A stretch of 63,995 bases of DNA, counting the filler, from Reticulomyxa filosa (Eukaryota; Protista; Foraminifera): NCBI GenBank assembly GCA_000512085.1. It is 23 parts of 23 records of this genome, joined end to end, with 100 filler letters (N's around TTAATTAATTAA, not from the genome) between each part and the next. Parts side by side here need not be neighbours in the genome. Positions count along the whole stretch, not along the records: positions 61,823 to 63,995 come from ASPP01027663.1; 22 more parts are not named here. One strand, written 5' to 3'. Positions 63,290 through 63,995 of the stretch are shown in pieces. Numbering within the stretch: position 1 is the stretch's first letter; each line of letters begins with the position of its first letter. The position numbers were made by a program, and so were the translations under genes. The notes beneath the pieces were generated by a model, which saw only the letters and a program-made list of their open reading frames with translations, did not search any database and was not told the DNA's origin.

Positions 63290-63725
63290 GCGACCAGATT
63301 CAAAGTTCAACAAAAATAACACCAAATTAATCAAAAGAGCCTCTCTTTATTTTTCTCAAAAAGGGAAAAAACTGGCCATGAAGAAAGTCGTAACTTCCCC
63401 TTTTTCAAAAAAAAAAAAAAAAAACTTGCTGACGCCGGTGCAAAAGAGATCAACAATAATTCATACCATTTCTGTTTGTAGGCTTTACAAAAATTGTCCA
63501 TAACTGAAAATACATATTCAACACAGCACCGTCGCTTAAGTAATTTCTTGTATGGCCCTGAGATTAAAGCAATACAATGACAATACTTTGAAAACAAGTT
63601 GTTTGCAGTATTATACTGCAACAAACAAAAAATAAAAAAGAAGAGAACCCGACAAACAGTGGTGGAAAAGTTTGGGCCGAGTTCCTTTTGTAGAAAAGAT
63701 ATATTAAAAAATTTGAAAGAAAAGA

Positions 63726-63941
63726 ATGGCAGGAAACACAAGTATAGAATCGGAACAAGACGTGTTTGAGGATGGTGATGATATAGATGAAGAAGATGAT
63801 GCAAATAACTCAAAATTACTTGCAGAGATGGAGCTAGAAGAGTTGCTCCAGCATATGGGGAAGACAAAGCTTGGATTTAAATTGATAGCTTCTCTGGACC
63901 AAGAAACTCTAACTCACGGTACTATGAATCAATGTCCCTAA
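63726..63941 (+). CDS. Short acidic hypothetical ORF, possibly a first exon
   Basis: ATG-initiated, D/E-rich 71-aa frame divergent from the kinase. Confidence 0.4.
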   Translation: MAGNTSIESEQDVFEDGDDIDEEDDANNSKLLAEMELEELLQHMGKTKLGFKLIASLDQETLTHGTMNQCP

Positions 63942-63995
63942 AAAATTTTTTTTGATGGAACTAGCATTTCGTGCTAATAACCAAAAAAAAAAAAA

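Noticed and set aside
61902-63330. + strand poly-Leu, poly-Cys, poly-Val and poly-Ile ORFs
   Set aside because: Antisense shadows of the kinase's poly-Asn and poly-Thr microsatellites.

Overview
This is not a prokaryotic locus. It is about 23 short contigs of an AT-rich, intron-rich eukaryote, joined by artificial 100-bp spacers (N44-TTAATTAATTAA-N44). The expanded RING/TRAF-coiled-coil-WD40 genes, kelch-like propellers, the 'WIR...IKLGWIDDF' motif and homopolymer-rich introns point to the foraminiferan Reticulomyxa filosa or a close relative (inference from recognition, no search run). Recognisable genes, many truncated by contig ends: a zf-MYND protein, an AcpS-type PPTase, a NADAR protein, a LYS1-type saccharopine dehydrogenase, AP-4 mu, an EEP/CCR4-like hydrolase, an ACP5-like purple acid phosphatase, a cytochrome-b5 front-end desaturase, a PNUTS-like protein, a long exon-modular ankyrin-like protein, TRM8/METTL1, kelch and WD40 proteins, and a CAMK-like kinase. 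The window also holds several Tc1/mariner remnants (one nested in an older long-TIR element), RNase H-containing LINE remnants, and one intronless bacterial-type DUF2330 fragment. The best leads are the kinase with a ~210-aa insert clamped by a split Cys/His motif, the patchwork bacterial DUF2330 contig, the AcpS/NADAR/LYS1 contig (probably with a misjoin), and the one-repeat-per-exon ankyrin-like gene. I found no CRISPR array, rRNA or tRNA, and I cannot confirm a new multi-gene system.
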